Shown piece by piece: positions 1 through 8,606 of a DNA stretch of 64,000 nucleotides. The position numbers and the translations under genes are program-made. The first letter of the stretch is position 1. Each line of letters opens with the position of its first letter. Under the pieces are notes generated by a model. It did not search any database. It saw only the letters and a list, made by a program, of their open reading frames with translations, and was not told where the DNA came from. The stretch is from an uncultured Chloroflexia bacterium (lineage in GTDB: Bacteria; Chloroflexota; Limnocylindria; Limnocylindrales; CSP1-4): NCBI GenBank assembly GCA_963772565.1, contig CAVYXU010000076.1:10417-74416 (forward strand), given 5' to 3'.

Positions 1-217
1 TCAGACTTCCGGCGGTCAGCCGGGATCACCCGTGACCAGGGTGGGAGCCTCTGGCCCGCCGATGCTTACGCTGCCGCCGACCTCGATGGCCGCGGTGCCG
101 CCGCCGATGGAGCCTGCGCCGGGGGCAGCGGTCCTGCTGCTGGTGCTGGGCGGTTCGCTGGGCGCCTGGATCGCAGTGAGACGGACCCGGCGGCCATCCG
201 CTCGACGACGAACCTGA
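1..217 (+). CDS. 3' end of a CDS entering from upstream of the window; C-terminal hydrophobic anchor plus basic tail
   Basis: The frame starting at base 2 is open to TGA at 215-217. The tail ...PGAAVLLLVLGGSLGAWIAVRRTRRPSARRRT is a TM segment followed by an RRTRR-type stop-transfer, like the C-terminus of the peptidase at 8603-9964. Third codon positions are mostly G/C. Confidence 0.35.
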   Translation, partial: QTSGGQPGSPVTRVGASGPPMLTLPPTSMAAVPPPMEPAPGAAVLLLVLGGSLGAWIAVRRTRRPSARRRT

Positions 218-254
218 ACCCGGGCACGCCGACAGGGCGAGGATCGTCGGAGGG

Positions 255-331
255 TGGTGGGCGATACTGGACTCGAACCAGTGACCTCATGCATGTCAAG
301 CATGCGCTCTAACCAGCTGAGCTAATCGCCC
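255..331 (-). tRNA. tRNA-Val (anticodon GAC), CCA encoded
   Basis: The reverse complement GGGCGATTAGCTCAGCTGGTTAGAGCGCATGCTTGACATGCATGAGGTCACTGGTTCGAGTCCAGTATCGCCCACCA folds as a cloverleaf: 7-bp acceptor, GCTC/GAGC D stem, CATGC/GCATG anticodon stem with loop TTGACAT, and a GGTTCGAGTCC T arm. Confidence 0.92.
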
Positions 332-482
332 TTCGGGCGCGGAGGATAGCACAGCGGCCCGCCGCCCCCTGCGATCCGGATCAGCCTCGAACGGCCGGAA
401 CGCTCATACCCGTCCGGATCGGCCGCAGCGCTCGCGCTGGTCCGGCGCCCGATCTCGCGCACCCGGCCGCCGACGTGCGACG

Positions 483-2138
483 ATGAGGTCGATGGCTGAC
501 CTGGAGCTCCTCGACTGCGGTGGTGGACGGCGCCTCGAGCGGTTCGGGGCCGTCGTGGTCGACCGGCCGGCCTCGGGCGCCGTCATGCCGCCCCTTCTCG
601 CGGACGCGGAGTGGCACCGTGCGCCGCTCGTGTTCGGGCGCGGCGGCTGGGTCCGCGGCGGCGAGCACGCAGCCTGGACCGTCGGGACCGCGGGGCTGAC
701 GCTGGAGTGCCGGCCCGCCGCGGGCGGTCAGGTGGGCGTGTTCGCGGAGCACGCCGCGACGTGGGCCTGGCTCGAGCGGTCGGTCCGCGACGTGGGTACC
801 CGACTCGGCCGCCCGGCCGAGATCCTGTCGCTGTTCGCCTACACCGGGGGAGCGACGCTCGCCTGCGCACGCGCCGGAGCGCGTGTCGCCCACGTGGACG
901 CCTCGCGGCCGGCCGTCGCGTGGGCGCGCCGGAATGCCGAGCTCTCGGGTCTCGCAGACCGGCCGGTTCGATGGCTCGTCGATGACGCTCGCGCGTTCGT
1001 CCGCCGGGAGCGTCGTCGCGGCCGGCACTACGACGGCGTGGTGCTCGATCCGCCGACCTACGGTCACGGCAACGGCGCATGGCAGATCGAGACGGACCTC
1101 GAGCCGCTGCTCGAGGACCTGGCGGCGCTGGTCGGGCCGAAGCCGGGGCTCGCCGTGCTCAGCGCGCACAGTCCCGGGTTCGACGGTGAGCGACTCGCCG
1201 CGCTGCTCCGGGAGCACCTGGCGGTCGACGCGGCGGGCGCCAACCTCGAGCTCATCGCCCGAACCGGCAACGTCCTGCGCCTGGGCAGCTGGGCGCAGGC
1301 ATCCCGGTCGCACTCGGGAACGCTGAGACCCGGCATGACCGTGCCCCCGATCACCAGTCACCGCAATCCGCGGGTCAAGGCGGCCGCAGCGCTTCGAGAC
1401 CGGCGCGCCCGGGACCTCGCCGGGCTGACCCTGGTCGACGGTGCGCGCGAGCTCGCCAGGGCGGTGGCCGGGGGCGCATCCGTCGTGGAGGTGTTCCTCG
1501 ACGCCGACGGGATCAACGACGCAGGCCGTGAAGCCGTCGCGGCCGCGACGGCGAGCGGGGCGACGGTGACGGCGGTTGGCCGCGCCGTCCTCGACCATCT
1601 CGCGTATGGCGACCGGAGCGAAGGCATGGTCGCGACGATCCGGATCCCGGACCTCTCGCTTGACGCGCTGCACCTTCCCCACGATCCCCTGGTGGTCGTC
1701 GTCGAAGGCGTCGAGAAGCCCGGCAACCTGGGCGCAGTCCTGCGCACCGCCGATGCGGCCGGGGCCGATGCCGTGATCGCCGCGGATCCGCGCACCGACC
1801 TGTTCAACCCCAACGCGGTCCGCGCGTCGCTGGGCACGATCTTCGCCGTGCCGGTGGCCGCCGGTTCCAGCGTGGACGTCCGGGCCCGGCTGGCGCGAGA
1901 CGGTGTCGCGATACTGGCCGCACGCGTGGACGCGGTGTCCAGCTATACCGAGGTGGACCTGAGCGGGCCGGTCGCGATCATCCTGGGCAGCGAGGCCGGC
2001 GGCCTGAGCGCAGCATGGGACGGTGACGGGGTGACCGGCGTCCGGCTGCCGATGCTCGGGGTGGCGGACAGCCTCAACGTCTCGATCACCGCGGCCGTGC
2101 TCCTGTACGAGGCACGCCGGCAGCGAGCGCTCGGATGA
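483..2138 (+). CDS. Apparent fusion of a class I SAM-dependent (RlmI/PF10672-like) methyltransferase with a TrmH/SpoU-family RNA 2'-O-methyltransferase
   Basis: The N-terminal half has LELLDCGGGRRLERFG...LFAYTGGATLACARAGARVAHVDAS...VLDPPTYGHG. The C-terminal half starts MTVPPITSHRNPRVKAA and carries SpoU motifs (VVVEGVEKPGNLGAVLRTADAAGADAV, IILGSEAGGLS, SLNVSITAAVLLYE). There is no in-frame stop between the halves. Confidence 0.8.
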   Translation: MRSMADLELLDCGGGRRLERFGAVVVDRPASGAVMPPLLADAEWHRAPLVFGRGGWVRGGEHAAWTVGTAGLTLECRPAAGGQVGVFAEHAATWAWLERSVRDVGTRLGRPAEILSLFAYTGGATLACARAGARVAHVDASRPAVAWARRNAELSGLADRPVRWLVDDARAFVRRERRRGRHYDGVVLDPPTYGHGNGAWQIETDLEPLLEDLAALVGPKPGLAVLSAHSPGFDGERLAALLREHLAVDAAGANLELIARTGNVLRLGSWAQASRSHSGTLRPGMTVPPITSHRNPRVKAAAALRDRRARDLAGLTLVDGARELARAVAGGASVVEVFLDADGINDAGREAVAAATASGATVTAVGRAVLDHLAYGDRSEGMVATIRIPDLSLDALHLPHDPLVVVVEGVEKPGNLGAVLRTADAAGADAVIAADPRTDLFNPNAVRASLGTIFAVPVAAGSSVDVRARLARDGVAILAARVDAVSSYTEVDLSGPVAIILGSEAGGLSAAWDGDGVTGVRLPMLGVADSLNVSITAAVLLYEARRQRALG

Positions 2139-2151
2139 GATTTCGGCGACG

Positions 2152-3535
2152 ATGACCGCCATGGATAGCTTCGACTTCGTGATCATCGGCGCCGGTCCGG
2201 CCGGCGAGGCCGCCGCACACAAGGCACGCGCATTGGGTGCCACATCGGCGGTCATCGATCGCCGCTGGTTCGGGGGGTCGTGTCCGCACATCGGCTGCAT
2301 CCCCTCGAAGTCGCTGCTTCATGCCGCCGACCGGCACGCGGCGGGCGCCGACTACCCGTGGTCGCGGGCGTCCGAGCGGCGCGACTACATGGTCAACCGC
2401 CCGGCCGACGCTGCCGAGCCCGACGACACCTCGCACGTGAAGGCGCTCGAGGCCGATGGGTCGGTCACGTACCGGGGCGATGCCCGGATCACCGCCCGCG
2501 GCCGCGTGTCGGTGACCCACGACGGCGTCACCCACGAGCTGGCCGCGCGCAACATCGTGGTCGCCATCGGGTCGCGGTCCAAGGTCCCGCCGATCGAGGG
2601 GCTGGCCGACACGCACCCGTGGACGAACCGGGACGCGACCCTGGCCCGCGAACTGCCCCGGAGCCTGCTCGTGCTCGGGGGCGGCCCGACCGGCTGTGAG
2701 CTGGCGCAGGTCTTCGCCCGGTTCGGCGTGCCCACCACGATCGTCCAGTCGGGGCCGCGGCTCGTCCCGACCGACCATCCTCGCAACGCCGAGGCGGTGC
2801 AGTTCGCGCTCGAGCGCGACGGCGTCACCGTCCTGACCGGCGGTCGGGCAGTGCGCGCGCGAGCAGGCACCGGAACCGACGGTGCCCACGTCGTCGAGCT
2901 GGACAACGGCAAGAGCGCGGAAGGCCACGAGATCCTGCTCGCCGTGGGACGGGAGTTCCCGCTGCGCGACCTCGGGCTGGACGTGTACGGGATCGAGGCT
3001 TCCGGGCCTGACGCGTACCGCCGCGACGGCAGCCTCCGGCTCGCCGACGGCCTGTGGATCGCCGGCGATCCGGCCGGGCCGGAGCTCCATACCCACCAGG
3101 CGCACTACCAGGGCGAGCTGGTCGTCCGGATGGCGCTCGGCGAGGCGGTCACGCCGGACTACCGGGCGCTCCCCCGCGCGACGTACATGGATCCGGAGGC
3201 CGCGTCGGTCGGCATGACCCTCGAGCAGGCGCGAGGCCGCCGGGATCGACGCGTTCGAGTGCGTCGCCGACTTCCCGCATACGGCCAAGGGATATTCCGT
3301 GGAGGCCGAGACGGGCCACGTCACGATCGTGGTGGATCGAGCCACGCGCCAGCTTGTCGGGGCGGCCATGGCCTGTCCGGACGCATCGGCCGCAATCCAC
3401 GAGTGCGTGCTTGCGATCAAGGCCCGGGTGCCGGTCGACGTGCTCGCGGAAACGATCCACGCGTTCCCCTCGACGTCGCGCATCCTCAACGGCCTGTTCG
3501 ACGAGGCGCGCCGGCGGCTCGAAACCCCAGACTGA
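2152..3535 (+). pseudogene. Pyridine nucleotide-disulfide oxidoreductase (dihydrolipoyl dehydrogenase / mercuric-reductase-like flavoprotein) interrupted by a frameshift near 3232
   Basis: The N-terminus has FDFVIIGAGPAGEAAA and the redox-active GGSCPHIGCIPSK motif. After ...GMTLEQA the 2152 frame turns into R/P-rich junk. The next frame reads REAAGIDAFECVADFPHTAKGYSVEAETGHVTIVVDRATRQLVGAAM...IHAFPSTSRI, a dimerisation domain, ending at 3535 (ORF 3299..3535). Confidence 0.8.
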
Positions 3536-3556
3536 CCCGCGGCCCGGGCGCCCGTC

Positions 3557-5218
3557 TCAGGCGCCGGCGACGACCTCGCCGTCCATCAGCACCAGCTGCG
3601 GGCGTGCGTTCCACAGCGCACCGTCGACCTCGACGGGCTCAGCGACCGCGGCCGCGGGGATGACCACGATGTCGGCCCGGTGGCCCGGGGTCAACCGGCC
3701 CCGATCCCCTTCTCCGGCGCTCATCGCCGGGTCCACGCAGCTCGCCCGGATCGCGCGCCACAGCGACAGGGCATTGGCCGGCCCGAACGGCGCGGTGTCG
3801 GCGGCCCACGATGGCGCGGCGCGGGTGACCGCGCACGCGATCCCGGGCCACGGGTCCACGGGCTCGACGGGGGCGTCGGTGCCGGTTGGCAGCACTGCGC
3901 CGGCCCGCGCGAGCGCGGCGAACGCATAGGCGCGGGCCTCCGCGCGGGGACCCCACAGGTGCCGCGCCTTCGCCGCGTCGGACCTGACGTGGATCGGCTG
4001 CATCGAGGCCGCGATGCCGAGGGTCGCGAACCGCGCGACATCCGTATCTGCGATCAGCTGGACATGTTCCACGCGCGGCATCAGCGGGGTGGCGCCGACC
4101 GTCGGGGCGAGCGCGTCGAGCGCCGCCCGAACGGCGGCATCGCCGATCGCGTGAATCTGGGTCGCGATCCCCGCGGCCGCCGCCCGTGCCGCCTGGTCCC
4201 GCAAGGCTTCGGGCGAGACCATCCAAACGCCGTACCCATCGTTGGGCGGCATCGGCTCACCGGCGATCGGCTCAAGCGGATCCAGCAGCGCCGCCGTCCG
4301 GGAGCCCAGGGTGCCGTCCGCGAACGTCTTGAGCCAGCCCATCCGGAGCCGCTCGCGCGGGTCCGGGCCCAGGGTTGCCCCGCTGCGCACTCCCTCCGCC
4401 TCGGCCGCGTCCAGCTGTTCCGGCCGGATGCACGGATGCACACGAAGGTCGAGGGCGCCGGTCGCCGCGAGATGCCGATACGCCGCGATCGGACCTCGGA
4501 GACCGTCCTGGAGGGCGAGTCCTCCCGGGTCGTGGACGGCGACCACGCCCAACGCCCGAAGCTCGCGAGCGAGCGGCCGGATCGCCGCCTCGATGGCCGC
4601 TTCGTCGGGCGCCGGGACCCGAGCCGACACGAGGCGTGCGGCCGTCTCGTGGAGCACGCCCGTCGGCCGACCATCCACGTCGCGCCGGATGACGCCGCCG
4701 TCCGGGTCTGACCGTCCGAGATCGATCCCGGCCTCGGACAGCGCCCTTCGGCTGACGAGCAGCGCATGGTGATCGTGGGCCCACAGCGCGACGAGGCGGC
4801 CGGGGGCGGTGCGCTCGAGATCGTCGGCCGTCGGCCAGCGCCCGAACCGGTCGGCATCCCAGCCGGCGCCCTCGATCCATCGGTCAGGGTCGGTCTGCGT
4901 CGCCGCGGCGCCCGCAATCGTGGCGAGCGCCTCGTCGATCGAGATTGCGTCATGGAGGTCGACCCGCGCGCGTGCGAGCGCCGCCTCGACGAGGTGGAGG
5001 TGGGCATCCGTCAGCCCGGGGATTGCGACGGCATCGGGAGGCAGGACGATCCGCCGCGTCGCGGCCACCGCGAGCGCCTCGATGTCCGCGGTTGTCCCCG
5101 CCGCGAGCACGCGGCCATCGGCGACGGCGACGGCCTCGACCCAGCCCGGGCCATCCGATCCAGCGAGCGTCGCGATCCGCCCCCGGACGATCAGCGCCGC
5201 TCGCGCAGGCGCGCTCAT
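3557..5218 (-). CDS. Amidohydrolase family protein (amidohydrolase_3 / YtcJ-like metal-dependent hydrolase)
   Basis: Contains IPGLTDAHLHL, the HxH metal motif, ...IHAIGDAAV...VEHVQL...GTDAPVEPVDPW. The start overlaps the upstream MFS stop (ATGA at 5215-5218). Confidence 0.85.
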   Translation of the reverse strand: MSAPARAALIVRGRIATLAGSDGPGWVEAVAVADGRVLAAGTTADIEALAVAATRRIVLPPDAVAIPGLTDAHLHLVEAALARARVDLHDAISIDEALATIAGAAATQTDPDRWIEGAGWDADRFGRWPTADDLERTAPGRLVALWAHDHHALLVSRRALSEAGIDLGRSDPDGGVIRRDVDGRPTGVLHETAARLVSARVPAPDEAAIEAAIRPLARELRALGVVAVHDPGGLALQDGLRGPIAAYRHLAATGALDLRVHPCIRPEQLDAAEAEGVRSGATLGPDPRERLRMGWLKTFADGTLGSRTAALLDPLEPIAGEPMPPNDGYGVWMVSPEALRDQAARAAAAGIATQIHAIGDAAVRAALDALAPTVGATPLMPRVEHVQLIADTDVARFATLGIAASMQPIHVRSDAAKARHLWGPRAEARAYAFAALARAGAVLPTGTDAPVEPVDPWPGIACAVTRAAPSWAADTAPFGPANALSLWRAIRASCVDPAMSAGEGDRGRLTPGHRADIVVIPAAAVAEPVEVDGALWNARPQLVLMDGEVVAGA

Positions 5219-6879
5219 TCCGGGCGGGCACCAGGTTCGGGTCCACCGGAACCCAGTTCGGGCCCACCGGCGCCCGGCACCGGCCCACCGGCGCCCGCAT
5301 CCGCATCGCCGACGCCCGGATCCGCATCGCCGACGCCCGGATCCGCCTCGCCGGCACCCGGATCCGCCTCGCCGGCGCCCGCCTCGGGCGTACCCTCCGC
5401 CTTCTCGCGAGCACGGCGCTCCTCCGCATCGACCTCGCTCGCGATCATGACCGCGACCAGGTCGATCGCCGCCGGCGTCATCGGCCCGGTCGCCATGGAC
5501 CGCGCTTCGAGCGGATTGAGCGGACCCCGGGTGACGATCGACAGCACGCCCGCGAGGCCGACGAACGCGGCGACGAGGAGCAGCACGATCGTGGTCCCGA
5601 CGAGGTCGGACACGGGGCCAACCACGATGATGGGCGCGAAGCTCGCGACCGACACCAGCATGTTGAGCACGCCGAACACGCGACCCCGGACGTCCTCGGG
5701 CAGCTCCTCCTGCAGCTGGGTCTGCGACGGGATCGCGACGAACCCGTAGGCCATGCCGGCGAGCAGCGCGATCGCAATGACGATCGCCAGCAGGGAGGTC
5801 AGGCCGGACAGGTCGGTCAGGCCCGTGGCTGCCTGGGCGCCCTGGAGGAACCGCGAGATCGGGCCGGCGCCGGCGAGCGCGGCCAGCAGGACGCCCAGGG
5901 CCACCAGGCCGCCCTCGATGATCCGGCGGCGCGGCACCATGTGCCCGAACGAGTTGAGGACGAGGATCCCGGTCACGATGCCGAACCCGAGCGGCAGCAC
6001 GACCACCACGAAGTCCTTGGGCGCCAGCCCCAGCGACGACGTCGCGAAGTCCGTGCCCAGGACGCCCAGGACGCCCACCAGCGATGCGGCGATGCCGAGG
6101 TAGAACAGCGACCAGCTGATGGTCGGGTTCGCCCGGATGAAGTCGGTGCCCTCGCGCAGCTGCGCGATCGTGGACCCGACCGCCTGCTCGGCGTCACCCA
6201 CGACGCCGCGCGTCGAGTCCCCGTCGAGCGGCGTCGGCGGCGCGGACGGGAGCGTCCAGCAGAACCCCGCGGCCACCAGGTAGCACGCGGCGACGAGCAG
6301 GATGAGGGCCGGGGCGCCGGCGATCGTGACCACGATCGGTCCGAGCAGCGCGAACCCGATCGCGAACGCCCCGTTGAGGGTGAGTGTGAAGATCCCGTTG
6401 GCGGAGATGAGCTGCCGGCGAGGTACGAGGTGCGGGATCATCGCGGCCTCGGCGGGCCCGAAGAAGACCGTGATCGTCGAGACCGTCACGTTGAGCACGA
6501 GGATCACCGGCAGGTTGCTGCCGGCCAGGAAGGTCAGCACGAACGCGCCTGCTCGCAGCAGGTTGGTCACGATCAGGATCGTCCGCCGGTCGACCCGGTC
6601 GACGTAGACGCCGGCAAGCGCCGAGAACAGCACTGCCGGTACGAGGAACGTGAGGATCAGGAGGCTTACCGCGGTCTTGGACGAAGTCGACTCGAGGATG
6701 ATGACGGTCAGCCCGTAGATGACCATGTTGCCGCCGACCTGCGTGAACGCCTGGCTGAGCCAGAGCAGCAGGAACGGCCGGTTGCGGAAGACCTCGAGCC
6801 CGCTCGACGGCTCCTCGCCATCATCCCCGGCAGCACTGTTGAGGGCCAGGGCGAGGGCCTCGGTGTCGCGGTCGCTCAC
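5215..6879 (-). CDS. MFS transporter with an acidic Gly/Pro-rich heptad-repeat C-terminal tail
   Basis: About 12 hydrophobic segments. N-terminus RNRPFLLLWLSQAFTQVGGNMVIYGLTVI. GTG start at 6879 overlaps the DUF951 stop (GTGA). The tail reads EAGAGEADPGAGEADPGVGDADPGVGDADAGAGGPVPGAGGPELGSGGPEPG. Confidence 0.85.
   Translation of the reverse strand: MSDRDTEALALALNSAAGDDGEEPSSGLEVFRNRPFLLLWLSQAFTQVGGNMVIYGLTVIILESTSSKTAVSLLILTFLVPAVLFSALAGVYVDRVDRRTILIVTNLLRAGAFVLTFLAGSNLPVILVLNVTVSTITVFFGPAEAAMIPHLVPRRQLISANGIFTLTLNGAFAIGFALLGPIVVTIAGAPALILLVAACYLVAAGFCWTLPSAPPTPLDGDSTRGVVGDAEQAVGSTIAQLREGTDFIRANPTISWSLFYLGIAASLVGVLGVLGTDFATSSLGLAPKDFVVVVLPLGFGIVTGILVLNSFGHMVPRRRIIEGGLVALGVLLAALAGAGPISRFLQGAQAATGLTDLSGLTSLLAIVIAIALLAGMAYGFVAIPSQTQLQEELPEDVRGRVFGVLNMLVSVASFAPIIVVGPVSDLVGTTIVLLLVAAFVGLAGVLSIVTRGPLNPLEARSMATGPMTPAAIDLVAVMIASEVDAEERRAREKAEGTPEAGAGEADPGAGEADPGVGDADPGVGDADAGAGGPVPGAGGPELGSGGPEPGARPE
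5299..5382. repeat. 4 x 21-bp tandem repeat (ATCCGCATCGCCGACGCCCGG and variants) encoding the heptad tail of the MFS protein
   Basis: Units at 5299-5319 and 5320-5340 are identical. Units at 5341-5361 and 5362-5382 are diverged. Confidence 0.85.
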
Positions 6880-7115
6880 GGCCGCTGCGGACCGATCGCG
6901 GCGCTGATCCCGGGGTCTCCACGGCGGACAAACCCGGCGATCCTGCGCTCGAGCGCAGACCGCGCGATCAGCGTGTGACGGCTACAGGTCTCGCAACGGA
7001 GGCCGATGTCCGCGCCGAGCCGGTCGATCAGCCACGTGTCACCACCGCACGGGTGGCGTCGTCGGAGCCTGACGACATCTCCCAGCAGGAGCTCGAGGAC
7101 GGGACTTCCTGACAC
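6876..7115 (-). CDS. DUF951 family protein
   Basis: Contains LELLLGDVVRLRRRHPCGGDTWLIDRLGADIGLRCETCSRHTLIARSALERRI, which matches my recollection of DUF951 (about 60-80 aa, CGG...C..C). I chose the GTG at 7115 because the upstream DUF881 gene stops at 7165. The ORF-track start at 7226 would overlap that gene. Confidence 0.65.
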   Translation of the reverse strand: MSGSPVLELLLGDVVRLRRRHPCGGDTWLIDRLGADIGLRCETCSRHTLIARSALERRIAGFVRRGDPGISAAIGPQRP

Positions 7116-7164
7116 GGCCCGAGGGTAGCAGAGGCACCGATCGAGCCACGATGAACCGCGGCGC

Positions 7165-7839
7165 TCACAGACGAGGCTTGCCGAGGACCGGGTTGAGGTT
7201 GCGATCGGTGCCCGGCAGCGAGACACCGTCGAGGGCGAACACGGTCACCGTGGTATCCGGAAAGCGCGCTGCCAGCTGGGCGATCGGGCCGCCGGCACGC
7301 GTCAGCGAGCCGGTGAGCGTTTCGGGCTGGCCGACGGCCAGGATCTCGAGCGGCTCGGGCGGCGACACGCCGTCGACCGTCAGCGCATCTGCGGGACCCG
7401 TCGCGACGACGCCCGGCACATCGCGGATGCCGCCGATGGAGATCCCCTCGGCCCCAGCATTGCGCAGCTCGTTGATCAGCTGGCTCACGGCATCCCCCGC
7501 GATCGGGCCCTCCACGAGGATCCGGACGCCGGGCCCGGTGATGGCCAGCGCGCCCGACCAGCCCTGGATGCGGCCCAGGTCCGTTCGGATCTGGACGGCG
7601 GAGGTATCGCCGCGCTCGATGGCAGCCGACACCGAGTCGCGCTGGCGCTCGAGCGTCGCGATCTCGTCGCGCAGCTGGTTGTTGCGGGTGGTGAGGTTCG
7701 CGACCAGGACCGTCAGGTCCTGCGCGGACAAACCGGCAAGGCCGGGGTTGACCGCCTGCAGCCGCAGCTGGACGACGACGAGGAAGCCCAGCAGCATCAG
7801 CACGAGGCTCACCGTGAGGCGTCCTGACGGGCGGCGCAT
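7165..7839 (-). CDS. DUF881 domain-containing membrane protein (YlxW/YlxX-like)
   Basis: MRRPSGRLTVSLVLMLLGFLVVVQL gives an N-terminal TM segment, followed by a coiled segment and ...ITGPGVRILVEGP...LINELRNAGAEGISIGG. The ATG overlaps the stop of the preceding DUF881 gene (TGATG at 7837-7841). The remaining upstream part of the 539-aa track ORF is R/P-rich junk. Confidence 0.8.
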   Translation of the reverse strand: MRRPSGRLTVSLVLMLLGFLVVVQLRLQAVNPGLAGLSAQDLTVLVANLTTRNNQLRDEIATLERQRDSVSAAIERGDTSAVQIRTDLGRIQGWSGALAITGPGVRILVEGPIAGDAVSQLINELRNAGAEGISIGGIRDVPGVVATGPADALTVDGVSPPEPLEILAVGQPETLTGSLTRAGGPIAQLAARFPDTTVTVFALDGVSLPGTDRNLNPVLGKPRL

Positions 7840-8606
7840 CAGGGTGCCACCGGTGACGCCGAAACCGGGTTCGTGTGCCCGTAGCGCAGCAGCACCGACC
7901 CCGCATACGCGGGCAGGTCCACGGCCTCCGGGACCGCGTAGGAAACGCCGATGCCGAACGTCTCGGACCGGGCGCGGATGAAGTCGACGAACCCGGCGGA
8001 CCGGGTGAGCCGGTCGAACATGTCGGGTGGTCCGATGGCCGAGATCTGGTACGGCGCCGCGATGTACGCGGAGTTGACGAGAACCGAGCCGCCGATGTCG
8101 ACGATGGCCGTTGCGACGGCGATGCGCTCCCCGTTGACGGCGATGCCCTCGGCACCCGCGAGCCACAGCTCCTCGACCACGGTCAGCACGTCCTGGCCCG
8201 ACACCAGGTAGTCGCGCTGGCTGCCGTCGGGCGGTATGGCCGCGTCCGAGTCGGACAGCTGGAGCACGATCCCGGGACCCGTCATCGCGACCAGTCCGGC
8301 GGCGATCCGGGCGTTCTCCAGGTCGCTGTTGAGCTGGCGCGTGATCGCGGCACCACCCTGGCCCGCAGCCTCGAAGTCCTGGATCGCGGCGCGCAGCTCG
8401 AGGATCTGCTGTTTGAGGCCATCCTGCTGCGCCTGGAGATCCCGGGCGGTCTCGACCAGCGGGGTCCGCTCCTGGCTCGTGTAGCGGATCCGCGGGCCCT
8501 CCGAAGCGAGCTGCGCGGCAACGAGGAACCCGAGGCCAAGCAGCGCAAAGCCGAGCGTGACCTGCCAGCTCGGGATGGCGCGAACCCGCGCGCCGAGCGC
8601 GCTCAC
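7839..8606 (-). CDS. DUF881 domain-containing membrane protein (paralog of the downstream gene)
   Basis: N-terminal TM segment (VTLGFALLGLGFLVAAQL), a coiled region, then MTGPGIVLQLSD...VVEELWLAGAEGIAVNGERI. GTG start overlaps the peptidase stop (GTGA at 8603-8606). Confidence 0.8.
   Translation of the reverse strand: MSALGARVRAIPSWQVTLGFALLGLGFLVAAQLASEGPRIRYTSQERTPLVETARDLQAQQDGLKQQILELRAAIQDFEAAGQGGAAITRQLNSDLENARIAAGLVAMTGPGIVLQLSDSDAAIPPDGSQRDYLVSGQDVLTVVEELWLAGAEGIAVNGERIAVATAIVDIGGSVLVNSAYIAAPYQISAIGPPDMFDRLTRSAGFVDFIRARSETFGIGVSYAVPEAVDLPAYAGSVLLRYGHTNPVSASPVAP

Noticed and set aside
381-2300. 639-aa minus-strand ORF antisense to the methyltransferase fusion. The same pattern applies to other long shadow ORFs: 2086..3489(-), 4945..6978(+), 16622..18523(+), 18788..20167(-), 26400..28976(-), 38984..40705(-), 42270..43739(-), 43175..44770(-), 49428..50831(+), 55592..57187(+).
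   Set aside because: Arg/Pro/Gly/Asp-rich low-complexity translations with no recognisable motifs. Each lies opposite, or out of frame with, a gene that has unmistakable family signatures. This is the typical high-GC shadow-ORF artefact.
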